Shown: in pieces, positions 12,332-24,800 of the stretch
How positions within the stretch are numbered: position 1 is the stretch's first letter
How the letters are laid out: every line of letters starts with the position of its first letter
Assembly: GCA_032718475.1 (NCBI GenBank)
Contig: JAUCBJ010008984.1
Coordinates: 25,740-89,739 of the forward strand
Source: Nemertoderma westbladi
Taxonomy: Eukaryota; Animalia; Xenacoelomorpha
Direction: 5' to 3'
Length of the DNA stretch: 64,000 nt
The notes under the pieces: model-generated
The model's database searches: none
The model's input: only the letters and a program-made list of their open reading frames with translations
Told to the model about the DNA's origin: nothing
Position numbers and translations under genes: made by a program

Positions 12332-12497
12332 GGACAGACCGGAAGACCACTCGCTCTAAAGAGCAAACCCGATTAATTCGCCAGTACGCGAAATTAAAGA
12401 AGAAAGCAACCTGGAATGTGCCTGTAGTTGAGTACAGTGACACTGAGGATGTAGAGGATAAAGAGGATACCAATGTCCTAGACAAAAAACCCAACAG
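12332..12497 (+). CDS. CCDC59: Internal exon of a CCDC59/TAP26-like gene
   Basis: ctcccag acceptor and AG|gtatcc donor; encodes TDRKTTRSKEQTRLIRQYAKLKKK...DKKPN; phase-2 end joins in frame to the exon at 18644; the first exon was not located. Confidence 0.55.
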
Positions 12498-13185
12498 GTA
12501 TCCCAAACATTTTATAAATAATAATTTAACGACTTACAAAACTGTCAAAGATAAGTTTATTTTTTTCTAATAAATTTGTTGACCTTTATTTGTATCGTAT
12601 TTTTTCTTAAGTAATTACTTTTTAAATTAACTAATTTTGAAATTTTACTTTTTATCATTATCACTGTAACCTGCTCTTTTCCATTAATTGACAGTTTTAG
12701 CATTGAGTGAGACAAACATTAATTATTTCTTCGATTTGGGATTAGCGAAAATAGAACGTTTAATTACATTGGACTATCTATGAAATTGATTTTATTATTA
12801 TTTAATTACAAAAATAGATCCGCTACCTTAATAAAATATATCTCATCCAACTATCTATAAATAATGTTACCAGGTAACACGTATTGAGATAATTCTAAAT
12901 ATATTCGTACTATGCTGAGGTTATTGGTTCATGTTATTTTATTGATTTAATTAAATTTATTGTTATTATTACAAATGAGAATTGAATTTAGAGACATTTT
13001 ACAAAAAACATGAATAAAATAGCGTGATTACTGTTATCATTGACACTATAAAAACGATACGAAAATGCGTAAATACGAAAATACGTAAATTTTTATTCGT
13101 ATTATACAATTCGAAAACCTATTTCTGATATACGAAATTCAATAAGATAAAATACAAAAATCGTATCGTATCCTGTCCCTGGCCC

Positions 13186-13563
13186 CAGTTAAATCTAACA
13201 CTAGTTAAACCAAACCCAGCCCTAGTTAAAAATAACCCTATTTAAATCTAACCCTAGTTAAATCTAGCCCTAGTTAAATCTTTTCCCAGTTAAATATAGC
13301 CGTGGTTAAATCTAACCCTAGGTAAATCTAGCCCTAGTTAAATCTAGCCCTAGTTAAATCTTTTCCTAGTTAAATCTAGCCGTAGTTAAATGTAGAGTTG
13401 TAAAGTGCATGTAAAGTTGGTGTAAAGTTCATTATATTCCTAGTTAAATCTTGCCATAGTTACAATCTAGCCCTGGTTAAATCTATTCCTAGTAAAATAT
13501 ATTCCTAGTTAAATCTAGCTCTAGTTAAATCTAGCCGTGGTTAAATCTTTCCCTATTTAAATC
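13186..13563. repeat. 16-bp minisatellite (gttaaatctagcccta), left block
   Basis: More than 20 diverged tandem copies; same family as 18179-18600. Confidence 0.9.
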
Positions 13564-13567
13564 AATT

Positions 13568-13730
13568 ATTGATCTCGATTGCTGCAAAGCTATACAATAG
13601 AATTATATTAAATCGCATCAGGGATCCCATTGAGAGGCTGCTCCGTGGAAATCAGAATGGGTTCCGTAAAGGTCGTGGGACCATGGAGCCCATTTTGGCA
13701 CTTAGAAGGATAATTGAAGAGTTATCAAAA
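13568..13730 (+). mobile_element. Internal fragment of the RTE-type LINE RT region
   Basis: Near-identical to the reverse complement of about 48642-48803 (LISIAAKLYNRI...NQNGFR...GRGTMEPILAL). Confidence 0.9.
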
Positions 13731-14941
13731 ATGTAAGCGGATTCAATTCCACTTCATTACCCACCAGAAAATGGGACCAGTGGCATTTTAGCAATATGTT
13801 GGGGATACGAGATTACCAATATTAATCTCGTCTCATAACCAACATTGGGGGGGGGGGGGGGGGGGGGCGACACAAGCCCCAAAGCCACAGAGAGAGGTGG
13901 GAGGTAAAACCACCTCGGAGGGAGAACACAGCTAGTAAAGGCTAGCGGCGGGGGGAAACACTCACAGGGAGTGCCAAAGTGACAATTAGTATATTAGCCA
14001 ATAGTTGGGAGGGAAGCACGTGATTAGAGATAAGAAAGCATCTATTGGGTACAGAGGGCCAAAGTAAAGTAAGAGGTGAAATCAATATTCATGTGTGTTA
14101 ATCATATATTATCCTACATTACTGATTTACCGGTCAGTTGATTCAGTTACTCAGTCAGTGCAGACCGGTCATAGTTAATGACCGTCACCGCCATTAACAA
14201 TTAACCTGTTTGCATCATGTAACATCTGCTATTACATCTGTATCACTACCGACGTGCTATTATCATCTGCGTTATCAATATTGAGAAACAACAAAACTCT
14301 TATTGTTTTCCCCAACGGCCTTCGGCCAAAGCAACTAGCACGACTGCCCCGCAGAACGGTAAGAAAATAAGAGATAGTAAGAAAATAAAGGGTATGTAGA
14401 GGAGTTGAAACAGAGACCTGTCACTGATCTCTGGATTCTCCGGGCAATTTTTTGGTCTCTGGATAGGTCTCTGGTTCCCGGGTATTGAAAACAGACATTT
14501 TACCCAGAGATCAGAGAAATAGATATTTAAAAATAGATCCTGTACAACACAAAATGTGAAATGAAGATTATTTTTCACAAATTTTTTACAATTAATTATT
14601 TCTTTAAGTTTAACTATTTTTCATACACCACTTCAACACAATTATACATTCACTTTTACACTATTTCTAATAAATGTACCTATAATCTTCTATTTAATTA
14701 ATTTAAGGTGCGTTTAATTTTAAGTTAAATTAGCACCCAAAGATGGTTCTTATTTAAGCATAAGGGCGCTTAATTTGAGCACTCATAATGTTTAAAAGTG
14801 AAAGAAAGGGCTGATCTCCATTCAATTTGTTATAGGATAGATAATATGACGACCAAATGGAGAGAACGAGCGTAACGAGGCTTGTAAATGGGGCGAGTAG
14901 AGTACTATACCTGTGCACTAAGTATTCGTAAATGACTAAGG

Positions 14942-15220
14942 GTTCCACCTTGGTGTAGTGGTTGCATTGAATTCACATCTCCTGTAGGTCGTGGGTTCGA
15001 TCCTCACATGGGCCAGGGCAGTTTTCGTTTCGGCACGAATGCTTTAAAGGGACCAGCCAGGGCGCATCTCTGCCTTGCATCCTTAAGTGGTAGCTAAATG
15101 AGTACTGGAGTTTCCTCTGGGGAGTAAAGTTCTGGGGGGACCGCACTGGAAATAAGTCGTCAGACTTTGTGCGTAATCCCTGGCCTAGCGGCCGAAGAAA
15201 ATTTACTTTTTTTTACTTTT
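14942..15220 (+). mobile_element. tRNA-derived SINE with a Nin/Deu-like central domain
   Basis: A box tggtgtagtgg, B box ggttcgatcc; core gccttgcatccttaagtggtagctaaatgagtac resembles the Nin/Deu SINE domain; T-rich tail; related heads at about 54920 and 60030. Confidence 0.75.
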
Positions 15221-15545
15221 TTAAGTTTATAGTATATTGAAATGTATATAATTTGAACAATTGTAAAATAAGTGCCTTTAATTAACAAAGTACCGGTACC
15301 TATGGGGCAAAACAAATTAATGTAACATATTATTAACAATAACAAAATAAGAACGAATTAATAAACAAATAACCAAATTAATATTATTTAAGCCCCCCAA
15401 ACTGTACGTGCGCTTATTTTCTTACAATGGGTAAGGGTTGAAATGGGTTGGATTTACTGTAATTCAGCCATAGAAAAATAGTTCTCAGTCTGTATGTGTA
15501 CCTGTTTGTGCTATAGGGGTCTAATCAAATTGTAAGTATAAAAAT

Positions 15546-15782
15546 AAGGCAGTGATTTTTTATGTCAATTTATTTAACTTTTTTTGTCACTTTTTTTTTA
15601 CGAATTATGCATTATGACTTTTGTTGTCCATTTAATGACTTTTATTGTCACTTTTTATGTATGTATTTCTTCAAACTGTCAGACTGCTGATTTCTGGACT
15701 GTCAGACAGTTGATTTCACTATGCCTGTGCCAAAACATTCCATGATTCCATGATTTATAGACTATGAGATAGATTTCCATAT
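15546..15782 (+). repeat. Dispersed repeat shared with 53275-53693
   Basis: Colinear near-identity (ttacgaattatgca...actgtcagactgctgatttctggactgtcagacagttgatttca...tagactatgagatag). Confidence 0.85.
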
Positions 15783-15874
15783 GCGCCTGTGGTAAAAAGA
15801 CACTCTATATTTAATAGTTTGTGGTTGTTGTCGATAATCGATTACCACATGACGTAGCAAAACACTCATTTTAT

Positions 15875-16466
15875 AGCCAAAAACAATTACCAATTGATGG
15901 AAAGGAGCAGGTTAAGGCCGAGTTTTCTAACCAAAACAATAAACAGTCACTTTACCAAATCAGGGAAAGGAGCAGGTTACAGAGACGGGATTTTCTAACC
16001 AAAACAATAAACGATCATTTAACTAATTGAGGGAAAGGAGCAGGTTACAGAGACGGGATTTTCTAACCAAAACAATAAACGATAACATTACCAATTGAGA
16101 GAAAGGAGCAGGTTACAGAGGCGGGATTTTCTAACCAAAACAATAAACGATAACATTACCAATTGAGGGAAAGGAGCAGGTTACAGAGGCGGGATTTCCT
16201 AACCAAAACAATAAACGATCACTTAAACTAATTGAGGGAAAGGAGCAGGTTACAGAGGCGGGATTTTCTAACCAAAACAATAAACAGTCACTTTACCAAA
16301 TCAGGGAAAGGAGCAGGTTACAGAGACGGGATTTTCTAACCAAAACAATAAACGATCATTTAACTAATTGAGGGAAAGGAGCAGGTTACAGAGACGGGAT
16401 TTTCTAACCAAAACAATAAACGATCATTTAACTAATTGAGGGAAAGGGGCAGGTTACAGAGGCGGG
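15875..16466. repeat. 68-bp minisatellite, about 9 copies
   Basis: Unit gggaaaggagcaggttacagagacgggattttctaaccaaaacaataaacgatcatttaactaattga. Confidence 0.92.
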
Positions 16467-17201
16467 CCTTCTGTGCTGTTGGAAGTAGTGGAGCCGCTAT
16501 CCGTAACACTCAGACAGTAGTCATGATCCATTATTGATTATAAAACTAATACAGTAAGGCCTAAATTATGTGAAAGGTATATCCACGTTTTCCACAATCC
16601 TGCAATCCAGTTTCGCCTATCAATTATTTAAAATTTATTAGCACAACCGGTAGGCCTACCATTACCGTATTTAAATGGTAGGCTACACAGTAGGCCTATA
16701 GCAGTACCAGTGCCGGTACCGGTACTAAAATACAGAAATACCTGCTTTATACCTACATCTGTACATACAATACAGCAAAATAGTGCTATATATATACTGA
16801 CTGGTACTGATAGCCTGAGAGAACAGCAGTAGAGAAACCGGTAGCATGGAACCTAACATTAGACTTTTGGATGACATAAAAAATAAAAAAAAATTGACAA
16901 AAAAAGGATAAAAATGGACAATAAAAATTATTGCGTAAAAATAATTAAAGTCTCTGATCTCCGGCTCTGGTCTCCGGTATTTTTCAAAATAATTATCCGG
17001 GTAGGGCTCTGGTTTACCGGGATTAAGAAAAACAGGTCTCTGTTTCAACTCTAGCATGTAGGCATACCATAGCAGTAGTAGGGTACATAGTAAGAAGGAA
17101 GTAGAAAGGTAGATAGGATAATAGCACAGACAGGGGGGAACATAAGAAAAATAAAATAAGACTACAGAAAAATTGGCACTTTGGGGGTGGTAGAGAACAC
17201 T

Positions 17202-17395
17202 AGGACATTGTGAAGCAGTGGCGATGGGCCAGCTCATGGGCCTTGTCTGCCACACGCCGATGGACTGGGGCAAGTTCCGGGAGGAACACGGAGCAGGCAC
17301 AGGACATTGTGAAGCAGTGGCGATGGGCCAGCTCATGGGGCTTGTCTGCCACAAGCGGATGGACTGGGGTAAGTTCCGGGAGGAGTACGGAGCGG
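17202..17395. repeat. 99-bp tandem duplication
   Basis: aggacattgtgaagcagtggcgatgggccagctcatggg occurs at 17202 and 17301. Confidence 0.85.
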
Positions 17396-17499
17396 AATTG
17401 GCGAACTCACTGAAATGGGGAGCGAGACCAGGGAAACAGGAGGTGTATCAGTTCCGAAGAGGAGCGATAAAGATATATCAGAAGAGATATATCCTATAG

Positions 17500-18180
17500 G
17501 AGGACTGGATAATGATAGGTTCACTAAACCTATTCATTGTCGTGGTTATCGGAAGAGAGCCGACGGCGTTTCTGCTAAACTGGATAGAATTAAATCAATG
17601 TTTATAAAACGTATGCTCTGTTTACATAAATCCGCCTCCGCAACTTTAGCACTACACTGGGTTAATGAAAAGACTTTCATTGAAGATATAATCGAAAAAT
17701 CCCCAAACTCTCTAGACACCGAAATTCTAGAACAATACAAAGAATTCAGACGACTGCGTGAACTGAACTTTGAAGTGCAGAAGTATCGTAACGGTCCAGC
17801 GTTCGAATCTCTTATCTTGGAAATTAACCAAACAGAATAACCGTCATGTAGTAACCAGGGCAACAGCACATGGATTCCACCACAAACTGTGTGTTAACAC
17901 CCAGCTCTTTCATGATCTAGACTCGACCTGTATCTGTCGATTCTGTTATCAACCCTGCTCTTATCGGTATCACTGTCTAGAATGTCCGTTGGCCCCAAAA
18001 TGGTCGCAGCTTGCATCTAGTTAAACTCCCACCATATTAATTAATAGTCGATACCCTCCTAGCGAGCTCCTATTCTAATTCTTTTTGTGCTATTTATATA
18101 TGTTGTTAATGTTAATTGTTAACCAATAATTATTATTAATATAGATTTACCGGACCGGAGGTGTATAAGAAAAAAAAAAG
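17500..18180 (+). mobile_element. Probable 3' remnant of a non-LTR retrotransposon ORF2
   Basis: KLDRIKSMFIKRMLCL... continues past an in-frame stop at 17840 into RHVVTR..HGFHHKLC..CICRFC..YHCLEC, a Cys/His-rich C-terminus; then an AT-rich UTR and A tail. Confidence 0.5.
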
Positions 18181-18600
18181 TTAAGTCTAACACTATTTAA
18201 ATTTAACCCTAGTTAAATCTAACTAGTTAAATCTAGCCCTATTTAAACACAGCCCTAGTTAAATCTAGCCCTAGTTAAATTTAGCCGTAGTTACATCTAA
18301 CCCTTGCTAAATCTAGACCTAGTTCAATTTTTCCCTAGTTAAATCTAACCCTATTTAAATACAGCCGTAGTTAAATCTTTTCCTAGTTAAATCTAGCCGT
18401 AGTTAAATGTAGCCAAAGTTAATTATATTCCTAGTTAAATCTAACCCTAGTTAAATCTAGCCCTTAGTTAAATCGTTCCCTGTTTTTGAAGTTAAATATA
18501 TTCCCATTAAAATCTATTCCTAGTTAAATCTTTTCCTAGTTAAATCTTTTCCTAGTTAAATCTTTTCCTAGTTAAATATATTCCTAGTTAAATCTAGCCC
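18179..18600. repeat. 16-bp minisatellite, right block
   Basis: gttaaatct(agcc/tttc)cta tandem copies. Confidence 0.9.
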
Positions 18601-18643
18601 ACGTTTATATTTTCAAATGAAATATTTTGGTATTTTTTTGTAG

Positions 18644-18899
18644 AAAAGCCGGGAAAACGACTTCTATAGCCAATGCGATTAGGGAGAGAGAGGAATTAAT
18701 GAAGAGGAGGGAAGATGAGAGATTACAGAGGTTTACCGAAGCCGAAGAGAGAAAACGTTTAAAAAAAGAAAGAGAAACATTACAGAGAGAAACTTACAGG
18801 AAGCTTAGTAGAAAAACATCTAAAGGCCAACCCGTTATGAAATACCAAATGGAGAATATTCTTGAGAAAATACAGCGAAGTATGGGGAAAAATACATAA
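18644..18899 (+). CDS. CCDC59: Last coding exon of the CCDC59/TAP26-like gene (rRNA-processing family, Fyv7-like)
   Basis: Acceptor tttttttgtag; charged coiled coil followed by KLSRKTSKGQPVMKYQMENILEKIQ, matching the family C-terminal KKTxKGQP...ME.LL.KI motif. Confidence 0.8.
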
Positions 18900-21800
18900 A
18901 GGTCAAGTAGGTAACGGGAAAATACATAAAGGTCAAATAGGTAACGGGAAAATACAGCGAAGTTTGGTGGAAAATACATAAAGGTCAAATAGGTAACGGG
19001 AAAATACAGCGAAGTTTGGGGGAAAATACATAAAGGTCAAATAGGTAACGGGAAAATACAGCGAAGTTTGGGGGAAAATACATAAAGGTCAAATAGGTAA
19101 CGGGAAAATACAGCGAAGTTTGGTGGAAAATACATAAAGGTCAAATAGGTAACGGGAAAATACAGCGAGGTTTGGGGGAAAATACATAAAGGTCAAATAG
19201 GTAACGGGAAAATACAGCGAAGTTTGGTGGAAAATACATAAAGGTCAAATAGGTAACGGGAAAATACAGCGAAGTTTGGGGGAAAATACATAAAGGTCAA
19301 ATAGGTAACGGGAAAATACAGCGAAGTTTGGTGGAAAATACATAAAGGTCAAGTATAGGTAACGGGAAAATACAGCGAAGTTTGGTGGAAAAATAAATAA
19401 AGGTCAAATAGGTAACGGGAAAATACAGCGAAGTTTGGTGGAAAATACATAAAGGTCAAATAGGTAACGGGAAAATACAGCGAAGTTTGGTGGAAAATAC
19501 ATAAAGGTCAAATAGGTAACGGGAAAAAACAGCGAAGTTTGGTGGAAAATACATAAAGGTCAAATAGGTAACGGGAAAATAGAGCGAAGTTTGGTGGAAA
19601 ATACATAAAGGTAAAATAGGTAACGGGAAAAAACAGCGAAGTTTGGTGGAAAATAAATAAAGGTCAAATAGGTAACGGGAAAATACAGCGAAGTTTGGTG
19701 GAAAATACATAAAGGTCAAATAGGTAACGGGAAAATACAGCGAAGTTTGGTGGAAAATACATAAAGGTCAAATAGGTAACGGGAAAATACAGCGAAGGTT
19801 GGTGGAAAATACATAAAGGTCAAATAGGTAACGGGAAAATACAGCGAAGTTTGGTGGAAAATACATAAAGGTCAAATAGGTAACGGGAAAATACAGCGAA
19901 GTTTGGGGGAAAATACATAAAGGTCAAATAGGTAACGGGAAAATAAAGCGAAGTTTGGTGGAAAATACATAAAGGTCAAATAGGTAACGGGAAAATACAG
20001 CGAAGGTTGGGGGAAAATACATAAAGGTCAAATAGGTAACGGGAAAATACAGCGAAGGTTGGGGGAAAATACATAAAGGTCAAATAGGTAACGGGAAAAT
20101 ACAGCGAAGTTTGGTGGAAAATACATAAAGGTCAAATAGGTAACGGGAAAATACAGCGAAGTTTGGTGGAAAATACATAAAGGTCAAATAGGTAACGGGA
20201 AAATACAGCGAAGTTTGGGGGAAAATACATAAAGGTCAAATAGGTAACGGGAAAATACAGCGAAGGTTGGGGGAAAATACATAAAGGTCAAATAGGTAAC
20301 GGGAAAATACAGCGAAGGTTGGGGGAAAATACATAAAGGTCAAATAGGTAACGGGAAAATACAGCGAAGTTTGGGGGAAAATACATAAAGGTCAAGTAGG
20401 TAACGGGAAAATACAGCGAAGTTTGGGGGAAAATACATAAAGGTCAAATAGGTAACGGGAAAATACAGCGAAGTTTGGTGGAAAATAAATAAAGGTCAAA
20501 TAGGTAACGGGAAAATACAGCGAAGTTTGGTGGAAAATACATAAAGGTAAAATAGGTAACGGGAAAAAACAGCGAAGTTTGGTGGAAAATAAATAAAGGT
20601 CAAATAGGTAACGGGAAAATACAGCGAAGTTTGGTGGAAAATACATAAAGGTAAAATAGGTAACGGGAAAATACAGCGAAGTTTGGTGGAAAATACATAA
20701 AGGTCAAATAGGTAACGGGAAAAAACAGCGAAGTTTGGTGGAAAATAAATAAAGGTCAAATAGGTAACGGGAAAATACAGCGAAGTTTGGTGGAAAATAC
20801 ATAAAGGTAAAATAGGTAACGGGAAAATACAGCGAAGTTTGGTGGAAAATACATAAAGGTCAAATAGGTAACGGGAAAATACAGCGAAGTTTGGTGGAAA
20901 ATACATAAAGGTCAAATAGGTAACGGGAAAATACAGCGAAGTTTGGTGGAAAATACATAAAGGTAAAATAGGTAACGGGAAAATACAGCGAAGTTTGGTG
21001 GAAAATACATAAAGGTCAAATAGGTAACGGGAAAATACAGCGAAGTTTGGTGGAAAATAAATAAAGGTCAAATAGGTAACGGGAAAATACAGCGAAGTTT
21101 GGTGGAAAATACATAAAGGTAAAATAGGTAACGGGAAAATACAGCGAAGTTTGGTGGAAAATACATAAAGGTCAAATAGGTAACGGGAAAAAACAGCGAA
21201 GTTTGGTGGAAAATAAATAAAGGTCAAATAGGTAACGGGAAAATACAGCGAAGTTTGGTGGAAAATACATAAAGGTAAAATAGGTAACGGGAAAATACAG
21301 CGAAGTTTGGTGGAAAATACATAAAGGTCAAATAGGTAACGGGAAAATACAGCGAAGTTTGGTGGAAAATACATAAAGGTCAAATAGGTAACGGGAAAAT
21401 ACAGCGAAGTTTGGGGGAAAATACATAAAGGTCAAATAGGTAACGGGAAAATACAGCGAAGTTTGGTGGAAAATACATAAAGGTCAAATAGGTAACGGGA
21501 AAATACAGCGAAGTTTGGTGGAAAATACATAAAGGTCAAATAGGTAACGGGAAAATACAGCGAAGTTTGGTGGAAAATACATAAAGGTCAAATAGGTAAC
21601 GGGAAAATACAGCGAAGGTTGGTGGAAAATACATAAAGGTCAAATAGGTAACGGGAAAATACAGCGAAGTTTGGGGAAAAATACATAAAGGTCAAATAGG
21701 TAACGGGAAAATACAGCGAAGTTTGGTGGAAAATACATAAAGGTCAAATAGGTAACGGGAAAATACAGCGAAGGTTGGTGGAAAATACATAAAGGTCAAA

Positions 21801-24800
21801 TAGGTAACGGGAAAATACAGCGAAGTTTGGGGAAAAATACATAAAGGTCAAATAGGTAACGGGAAAATACAGCGAAGTTTGGGGGAAAATACATAAAGGT
21901 CAAATAGGTAACGGGAAAATACAGCGAAGTTTGGTGGAAAATACATAAAGGTCAAATAGGTAACGGGAAAATACAGCGAAGTTTGGTGGAAAATAAATTA
22001 AGGTCAAATAGGTAACGGGAAAATACAGCGAAGTTTGGGGGAAAATACATAAAGGTCAAATAGGTAACGGGAAAATACAGCGAAGTTTGGTGGAAAATAC
22101 ATAAAGGTCAAATAGGTAACGGGAAAATACAGCGAAGTTTGGTGGAAAATACATAAAGGTCAAATAGGTAACGGGAAAAAACTGCGAAGTTTGGTGGAAA
22201 ATACATAAAGGTCAAATAGGTAACGGGAAAATACAGCGAAGTTTGGTGGAAAATACATAAAGGTCAAATAGGTAACGGGAAAATACAGCGAAGTTTGGTG
22301 GAAAATACATAAAGGTCAAATAGGTAACGGGAAAATACAGCGAAGTTTGGTGGAAAATACATAAAGGTCAAATAGGTAACGGGAAAATACAGCGAAGTTT
22401 GGTGGAAAATACATAAAGGTCAAATAGGTAACGGGAAAATACAGCGAAGTTTGGTGGAAAATACATAAAGGTCAAATAGGTAACGGGAAAATACAGCGAA
22501 GTTTGGTGGAAAATACATAAAGGTCAAATAGGTAACGGGAAAATACAGCGAAGTTTGGTGGAAAATACATAAAGGTCAAATAGGTAACGGGAAAATACAG
22601 CGAAGTTTGGTGGAAAATACATAAAGGTCAAATAGGTAACGGGAAAATACAACGAAGTTTGGTGGAAAGTACATAAAGGTCAAATAGGTAACGGGAAAAT
22701 ACAGCGAAGTTTGGTGGAAAATACATAAAGGTCAAATAGGTAACGGGAAAATACAGCGAAGTTTGGTGGAAAATACATAAAGGTCAAATAGGTAACGGGA
22801 AAAACAGCGAAGTTTGGTGGAAAATACATAAAGGTCAAATAGGTAACGGGAAAATACAGCGAAGTTTGGTGGAAAATACATAAAGGTCAAATAGGTAACG
22901 GGAAAATACAACGAAGTTTGGTGGAAAATACATAAAGGTCAAATAGGTAACGGGAAAATACAGCGAAGTTTGGTGGAAAATACATAAAGGTCAAATAGGT
23001 AACGGGAAAATACAGCGAAGTTTGGTGGAAAATACATAAAGGTCAAATAGGTAACGGGAAAAAACAGCGAAGTTTGGTGGAAAATACATAAAGGTCAAAT
23101 AGGTAACGGGAAAATACAGCGAAGTTTGGTGGAAAATACATAAAGGTCAAATAGGTAACGGGAAAATACAGCGAAGTTTGGTGGAAAATACATAAAGGTC
23201 AAATAGGTAACGGGAAAATACAGCGAAGTTTGGTGGAAAATACATAAAGGTCAAGTAGGTAACGGGAAAATACAGCGAAGTTTGGTGGAAAATACATAAA
23301 GGTCAAATAGGTAACGGGAAAAAACAGCGAAGTTTGGTGGAAAATACATAAAGGTCAAATAGGTAACGGGAAAATACAGCGAAGTTTGGGGAAAAATATA
23401 TAAAGGTCAAATAGGTAACGGGAAAATACAGCGAAGTTTGGTGGAAAATACATATAGGTCAAATAGGTAACGGGAAAATACAGCGAAGTTTGGTGGAAAA
23501 TACATAAAGGTCAAATAGGTAACGGGAAAAAACAGCGAAGTTTGGTGGAAAATACATAAAGGTCAAATAGGTAACGGGAAAAAACAGCGAAGTTTGGGGA
23601 AAATACATAAAGGTCAAATAGGTAACGGGAAAATACAGCGAAGTTTGGTGGAAAATACATAAAGGTCAAATAGGTAACGGGAAAATACAGCGAAGTTTGG
23701 TGGAAAATACATAGAGGTCAAATAGGTAACGGGAAAATAAAGCGAAGTTTGGTGGAAAATACATAAAGGTAAAATAGGTAACGGGAAAATACAGCGAAGT
23801 TTGGTGGAAAATACATAAAGGTCAAATAGGTAACGGGAAAATACAGCGAAGTTTGGTGGAAAATACATAAAGGTCAAATAGGTAACGGGAAAATACAGCG
23901 AAGTTTGGTGGAAAATACATAAAGGTCAAATAGGTAACGGGAAAATACAGCGAAGTTTGGTGGAAAATACATAAAGGTCAAATAGGTAACGGGAAAATAC
24001 AGCGAAGTTTGGTGGAAAATACATAAAGGTCAAATAGGTAACGGGAAAATACAGCGAAGTTTGGTGGAAAATACATAAAGGTCAAATAGGTAACGGGAAA
24101 ATACAGCGAAATTTGGTGGAAAATACATAAAGGTCAAATAGGTAACGGGAAAATAAAGCGAAGTTTGGTGGAAAATACATAAAGGTAAAATAGGTAACGG
24201 GAAAAAACAGCGAAGTTTGGTGGAAAATACATAAAGGTCAAATAGGTAACGGGAAAATACAGCGAAGTTTGGTGGAAAATACATAAAGGTCAAATAGGTA
24301 ACGGGAAAATAAAGCGAAGTTTGGTGGAAAATACATAAAGGTAAAATAGGTAACGGGAAAAAACAGCGAAGTTTGGTGGAAAATACATAAAGGTCAAATA
24401 GGTAACGGGAAAATACAGCGAAGTTTGGTGGAAAATACATAAAGGTCAAATAGGTAACGGGAAAAAACAGCGAAGTTTGGTGGAAAATACATAAAGGTCA
24501 AATAGGTAACGGGAAAATACAGCGAAGTTTGGTGGAAAATACATAAAGGTCAAATAGGTAACGGGAAAATACAGCGAAGTTTGGTGGAAAATACATAAAG
24601 GTCAAATAGGTAACGGGAAAATACAGCGAAGTTTGGTGGAAAATACATAAAGGTAAAATAGGTAACGGGAAAATACAGCGAAGTTTGGTGGAAAATACAT
24701 AAAGGTAAAATAGGTAACGGGAAAAAACAGCGAAGTTTGGTGGAAAATACATAAAGGTCAAATAGGTAACGGGAAAAAACAGCGAAGTTTGGTGGAAAAT

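Larger units (their letters stand above)
14400..17053. mobile_element. Non-autonomous hAT-like DNA transposon carrying nested repeats
   Basis: 19-bp TIR gagttgaaacagagacctg / caggtctctgtttcaactc; 8-bp TSD gtatgtag (14392-14399) / gcatgtag (17054-17061); subterminal ggtctctg/ccgg repeats. Confidence 0.75.

Noticed and set aside
13732-14293. Possible solo LTR (TGTAAG...AACA)
   Set aside because: No second copy and no convincing TSD; left unannotated
14942-15020. tRNA gene
   Set aside because: A and B boxes are present, but there is no convincing cloverleaf and it continues into a SINE body
13186-18600. Telomere-like ctaaccct words in the 16-bp repeat
   Set aside because: The unit is 16 bp and TAACCC occurs only as an occasional variant
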